A DNA stretch of 64,000 bases from an uncultured Candidatus Saccharibacteria bacterium (GTDB lineage: Bacteria; Patescibacteriota; Dojkabacteria; J137), in assembly GCA_964620955.1 (NCBI GenBank), contig CAZUKH010000001.1:124593-188592 (forward strand), written 5' to 3'. Positions 59,612 to 64,000 of the stretch are shown here, piece by piece. The notes beneath the pieces are model-generated. The model had not been told where the DNA came from. It searched no databases and worked only from the letters and a program-made list of their open reading frames with translations. Both the position numbers and the translations under genes were made by a program. How positions within the stretch are numbered: the stretch's first letter is position 1; the number at the start of each line of letters is the position of its first letter.

Positions 59612-60402
59612 TGTGGGAATCTATAACTTTGTTTAAGCGTGAAAGTAAGCAGTTTATCCTTAAATACTTTGACTCTAAAGAGGAAAAAAAACCAGTACTT
59701 GTATTTTTAAGGCCTATAGCCGCTAACAACCACCAAGTAAGACTTTTGCTTAAGTTACTAAGTAAAGACTTTAGAGTAATAAGTCCATCACATCCAGGGT
59801 TTGATCGATCGACCAAACTTTTAAAACACGACTTAGACTGGTATCACATAATTTTTGATGAATTTGTGTCAGAGCTTGGTATTCAAAACTATTTTTTAGC
59901 TGGGTTTTCTTTTGGTGCCTACCAGGCTGTAAATTACTATGCTGAGTACAAAAGAAAAAGTGTAAAATCTCTTTTGCTATTTTCCCCGTTGGTAAAACAT
60001 ACCGAATCAAAGAGTTTTAAATATACTTTAAAGTTTTTACAAGATGACTTTAAAAACCTGGGAAAAGTACTTAGAAGAAAAAGCTTTTTAAATTTAAGCC
60101 TGGATATTCGTAACGCAAATCTTGAGTATGAACAAACTCAATCGCATATTAAAATGGTTATGGGCTTAGGAGACTTGTACCCATCGCTTGCTGCTGTAGA
60201 TATTCCTACTTTAATTATTTTTGGGGGCAAGGACAGGATTGTTGACTACAAAGATCTAAAAAAACATGTATCCAAAAATAAAATGCTAAAATTGCATGAA
60301 TTGATGGGGCAAGGCCATAACTCATTTGCGTTAAAACAAAATTCTTTGTTAAAAGTTATTGAAAAATTTTTAAAAGAAAATGTCCGAAAAAAAATCAATT
60401 AA
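59611..60402 (+). CDS. Alpha/beta hydrolase
   Basis: HPGFDRS, GFSFG nucleophile, PTLIIFGGKD, GHN. Confidence 0.85.
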   Translation: MWESITLFKRESKQFILKYFDSKEEKKPVLVFLRPIAANNHQVRLLLKLLSKDFRVISPSHPGFDRSTKLLKHDLDWYHIIFDEFVSELGIQNYFLAGFSFGAYQAVNYYAEYKRKSVKSLLLFSPLVKHTESKSFKYTLKFLQDDFKNLGKVLRRKSFLNLSLDIRNANLEYEQTQSHIKMVMGLGDLYPSLAAVDIPTLIIFGGKDRIVDYKDLKKHVSKNKMLKLHELMGQGHNSFALKQNSLLKVIEKFLKENVRKKIN

Positions 60403-62647
60403 AATTATTGGGCCATTTATTACCAACTATAGCTATGCAAGGGTTAACCGAGGGCTTGCTCAAGCTTTAGATAACGTCTCGGAGGATTACGAAGTTTTCC
60501 TTTACCATTCTAAAGATAGAATTGATAAGTGGCCCGATGATAATGATTTAAGAGCTTTTCCTTTTGTAGATAAAATTTGGCTAAGAGAAGATAAAAAGAC
60601 TCATGCTGCAATATATTTTGACTTTCCAAAATCTGGTTATTCTAAACATGGTTTAGCAAGCATAAACTCAGATATAAAAATAATGTACATCGCCTGGGAA
60701 GAAAGTGTTTATCCAAAGTTTTGGGTGGACGAAATCAATAAAAACTTGCATGGCTTAATGGCTATGTCGCGGTTTGTAAGGAATATTTTAAGAAGAAGTG
60801 GGGTAAAAGTTCCAATAGAAGTTGTGCATGCCGGTGTAAACCAAAGATTGTATAGCGATAATAATAACTACAGGCTTCTTAAAACGAAAAAAAACGTAAA
60901 AATTTTTCATAACAGTACAGGCAAACTGCGAAAAGGTCCTGATGTTTTAATTAAGGCATATACTCAGGCTTTTTCAAATAAAGATGATGTGTGTCTCGTA
61001 ATTAAGGCTACACCTAATCCTGACAACATGTTCCCTGAACTGATTGAAAAGTTTAAAACTGATAATAGTCCTGAAATTGAATATCTTTCAACCAGTTCAT
61101 TTACAGATGATCAAATGAGTCAAATTCTTGAAGAATGCGACTTTGTTGTTTATCCATCTAGGGCTGAAGGCTTTGGTTTACCGATTGTTGAAGCAATGTT
61201 ACAAAAAAAGCCAGTAATAGCAACTAATTACAGTTCTTACCTGGATTTTTTGGATTTGGAAAGCGCCTGGCTTTTAGATTATAAATTAATGCCAACTTAT
61301 GATTCTGAGCTTGTAAACATAGGCGCATTGTGGGCTGAGCCGCAAATTGATGACTTAAAGAATAAGATGTCTTTGCTTTATAAAACTATCAAACTTTTAA
61401 AAGATGGCTCAGCCCACAATGAATTGTTACAACAGTACAAAATTAAAACTGAAATTGCATACAAAAATGCGATCCAGCTTACCTGGGAAAATACTGCAAA
61501 AAAAACTTTAAGCTTTTTAAATGAAATAGAAAGTTTCAAACAATTCAAGACAAAAAAAGCTGCTGTAATTTCTCCTCTAAATTCTGAAGACGGAATAGCA
61601 GAGTATACAAAGAACCTTTACTCCAAAGTAGAAAGTTCTTTCGAAAAATTTTATTATTTGGCTAATAAAGACATTGCAGATAGGGTAGAGCTAGATGCTC
61701 AAAATGTTGTACGCACTTGGGAAATGGGTGAAACAGGTTTTAATGAAACTCTTGAGTTTCTTAAAAAAGAAAAAGTTGAAATAATCCATATTCAATATCA
61801 CTCGGGTATTTACTTTGAGCCAGCACAGCTGGATGGGCTAATTGCTAATCTTAAAAGTTTAGGTCTTTCTGTTTATGTAACTTTACACTCGGTTATTGGC
61901 AAAAACTTTAACTTGCTGGAACAACTTAAAAACCTACATTTAGCAAACAAAGTTTTTATTCATAACCCCAAAGACTGCAAGCTTGCGTCACAAATCTTAA
62001 ATAATGTTGTGTTTTTTCCTCTTCCTAAGCTTGAGTATAAGTCTAGGACTAAAAATGAAGTACGAAGAAAACTGGGTTTAAACAATGAGACTTTAATTAT
62101 TGCATCTCATGGTTATATGAATAACCAAAAAACTAATATTCCAGAAATTTTAAAATCTGTGTTTGAACTAAAGAAGTCTAACTCAAACATTCTTTTTATT
62201 GGCTTGCATGCTGTGAGCGCAAACAATTTAAGTTCTCAAACAGAATACGAAAACTGTAAAAAAATTATTAAAGAACTAAATTTAGAAAAAAATGTCTTAC
62301 TGGTCACCGAGTTTTTGCCAGAAAATGCTATAGTACTGATATTGCAAGCAGCAGATGTTATAGTGCTTTCTTACAATGAAGTAGGGGAGTCATCGAGTGC
62401 TGCAATAAACAAATGCATTGGGTCTTTAAGACCTGTTATTGTGCCTGATATAAAGATGTTTGCTGAGTTTGAGAAAGAGGTTTATAAAGTAACTGAATCT
62501 AAAAGCCCTTTTATTATTAATGCAGTTGAAGAAATTGTTAGTAGCAAGGCTTTAGAACTTGATTTAGTTAATGCTGCCCAAAAATACATTTCCCAAACAA
62601 CGTATGAATTGATGTCAAGGAAAACTCTGAAGGATTACCTTAATTAA
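60380..62647 (+). CDS. Two-domain family 4 glycosyltransferase
   Basis: AWEE, RKGPDVL, YPSRAEGFGLPIVEAM; second domain DGIAEYT, HIQYH, ADVIVLSY..ESSSAA. Confidence 0.9.
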   Translation: MSEKKSIKIIGPFITNYSYARVNRGLAQALDNVSEDYEVFLYHSKDRIDKWPDDNDLRAFPFVDKIWLREDKKTHAAIYFDFPKSGYSKHGLASINSDIKIMYIAWEESVYPKFWVDEINKNLHGLMAMSRFVRNILRRSGVKVPIEVVHAGVNQRLYSDNNNYRLLKTKKNVKIFHNSTGKLRKGPDVLIKAYTQAFSNKDDVCLVIKATPNPDNMFPELIEKFKTDNSPEIEYLSTSSFTDDQMSQILEECDFVVYPSRAEGFGLPIVEAMLQKKPVIATNYSSYLDFLDLESAWLLDYKLMPTYDSELVNIGALWAEPQIDDLKNKMSLLYKTIKLLKDGSAHNELLQQYKIKTEIAYKNAIQLTWENTAKKTLSFLNEIESFKQFKTKKAAVISPLNSEDGIAEYTKNLYSKVESSFEKFYYLANKDIADRVELDAQNVVRTWEMGETGFNETLEFLKKEKVEIIHIQYHSGIYFEPAQLDGLIANLKSLGLSVYVTLHSVIGKNFNLLEQLKNLHLANKVFIHNPKDCKLASQILNNVVFFPLPKLEYKSRTKNEVRRKLGLNNETLIIASHGYMNNQKTNIPEILKSVFELKKSNSNILFIGLHAVSANNLSSQTEYENCKKIIKELNLEKNVLLVTEFLPENAIVLILQAADVIVLSYNEVGESSSAAINKCIGSLRPVIVPDIKMFAEFEKEVYKVTESKSPFIINAVEEIVSSKALELDLVNAAQKYISQTTYELMSRKTLKDYLN

Positions 62648-62661
62648 TGCGTTAAACTGAT

Positions 62662-63690
62662 CTATTTATCATCATATCCGTTTGGATATTTTATTTTCCA
62701 GTTGTAAGCGTGTTTTACTGTTTCTGTAATTCCAAACATTGGCTCCCACCCTAAAACTGCTTTTGCCTTTTCGTTGTTTGCATAAAAAGCCACTGGATCT
62801 CCTGCTCTTCGTGGTCCAAAACTCCAATCAAATTTGCCATGCACTTTTTCAATTAATTTTAGTATTTCGAGATTTGAGTACCCTTTTCCTGTACCAATAT
62901 TAAAAAGATCAGATTTGTTATTTTGGAGGAGATAATTTAAGGCTTTTACATGTGCTTTTGCCAAGTCTTCTACATGTATGTAATCTCTTATGCAAGTTCC
63001 ATCAGGAGTTGGGTAGTCATTGCCGAAAATTTGAAATCCCTGGCGCAAACCCAGTGCAGCTTCAATAGCAGAAGTAATTAAATGCGTGGGCTTAGGATAA
63101 TCCTGTCCTATTAATAAATCTGGGTTTGCGCCAGCAGCGTTAAAGTATCTTAGTATTATGCTTTTTATTTTTTCTTCTTCTGCTGTATTAGGTTTATCTA
63201 AATCTCTTAGAATGTTTTCGACAACTAGCTTTGACATACCATAAGGATTGTCCGGGTTTAGTTGTGTGTTCTCGTTTACCTCAGCCTCCTTTGGAGTACC
63301 ATAAACAGCAGCTGTAGAAGAGAAAACCAGTCTTTGTACACCGTTTTGCTGCATAGCTTTTATTAAATTCAAACTGCCAGATACGTTATTTATATAAAAC
63401 GAAGTAGGATTAATAACTGACTTTCCTGCTTCAATAAGAGCTGCAAAATGAATTACCGCATCGGGCCTCACTCTTGACACTGTTTGTGAAATCTTATCAA
63501 AATCAAGAAGCTCACCTTGGGTAAGTTCTATCTTTTTATTTGTATGATTTTCTATTATTTCTACTGCTTTTTTATGACCATTCTTTAAATTATCAAACAC
63601 ATAAAGCTCATACTCGTTAAGTTTTGCGAGTTCCAATAGAGTATGGCTGCCAATATAACCTGCTGCGCCTGTTAATAGAATTTTCTTCAT
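62662..63690 (-). CDS. galE: UDP-glucose 4-epimerase
   Basis: TGAAGYIGSH, HFAA, FSSTAAVYG, PYGMSK, LRYFNAAGA, DGTCIRDYIHV. Confidence 0.96.
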   Translation of the reverse strand: MKKILLTGAAGYIGSHTLLELAKLNEYELYVFDNLKNGHKKAVEIIENHTNKKIELTQGELLDFDKISQTVSRVRPDAVIHFAALIEAGKSVINPTSFYINNVSGSLNLIKAMQQNGVQRLVFSSTAAVYGTPKEAEVNENTQLNPDNPYGMSKLVVENILRDLDKPNTAEEEKIKSIILRYFNAAGANPDLLIGQDYPKPTHLITSAIEAALGLRQGFQIFGNDYPTPDGTCIRDYIHVEDLAKAHVKALNYLLQNNKSDLFNIGTGKGYSNLEILKLIEKVHGKFDWSFGPRRAGDPVAFYANNEKAKAVLGWEPMFGITETVKHAYNWKIKYPNGYDDK

Positions 63691-63789
63691 TTTTTTATCT
63701 GTTACTCTTCATTGTAACCTGCAAAAACTATTTTGGGAATCTCTTCCAATTAATAAGTTTTTGGTATAAGCTTTAACTGATAGTTGAAT

Positions 63790-64000
63790 ATGGAAACACT
63801 TTCAATCAATAAAGTAAATAGACTCCAAGTCATTGCGGTTGTATCGCTTTTGGTTGTACTAATAGGGCTTGCAGTTTTTACTGCTATTACAATCTTCAAC
63901 AAGGAGAAAGAAACTCCCGCAAAGCAAGAGAGTGTTAGCGGCGAGGTTGTTCAAACGCTGGGCGTGACAAAAACTATTTCTAGCATAACGCAAACCGGAA
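63790..64000 (+). CDS. Hypothetical membrane-anchored protein, partial
   Basis: Manual translation METLSINKVNRLQVIAVVSLLVVLIGLAVFTAITIFNKEKE..., open to window end. Confidence 0.6.
   Translation, partial: METLSINKVNRLQVIAVVSLLVVLIGLAVFTAITIFNKEKETPAKQESVSGEVVQTLGVTKTISSITQTG

Noticed and set aside
3565-60010. Many 60-144 aa ORFs nested in or antisense to long genes (e.g. 26413-26727, 35837-36163, 38513-38947, 57594-57932)
   Set aside because: No motifs, mostly non-ATG starts, fully overlap well-supported genes
1-64000. Alternative genetic code (TGA=Gly as in Gracilibacteria/Absconditabacteria)
   Set aside because: Conserved genes are full-length in code 11 and TGA ends genes such as hisS and manC at expected positions

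Overview
AT-rich bacterial chromosomal segment in genetic code 11 (TGA is used as a stop). It looks like a Patescibacteria/CPR-type genome, inferred from the short IF2, C-terminally truncated ValRS, archaeal-type TyrRS, large DUF2341/FnIII surface protein and many orphan membrane proteins. Content is mostly housekeeping (rpoB-rpoC-rpsL-rpsG, infB, valS, tyrS, hisS, rpsT, def, recJ, hup, trxAB, rodA, tsaC-tsaE) plus surface-glycan genes at both ends. No CRISPR, rRNA, complete tRNA, integrase or transposase was seen. Main unusual observations: (1) an RNA polymerase whose trigger loop lacks the normally invariant MRTFH motif, with co-occurring changes in the bridge helix, SGARG loop and rifampicin pocket; (2) a family of 7-nt tandem-repeat elements in intergenic regions and inserted in-frame three times in valS; (3) a ~300-nt multi-hairpin, attenuator-like RNA between rpsL and rpsG; (4) pervasive -10 box + 5-9 nt + ATG (leaderless) gene starts; (5) unusual fusions (OB-fold/archaeal TyrRS, TsaC-TsaE, LOG-methyltransferase, amidase-GEVED-propeller) and a non-canonical CsoR with its operator over trxAB. 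All assignments come from reading motifs by eye against recalled consensus sequences; no database searches were run.
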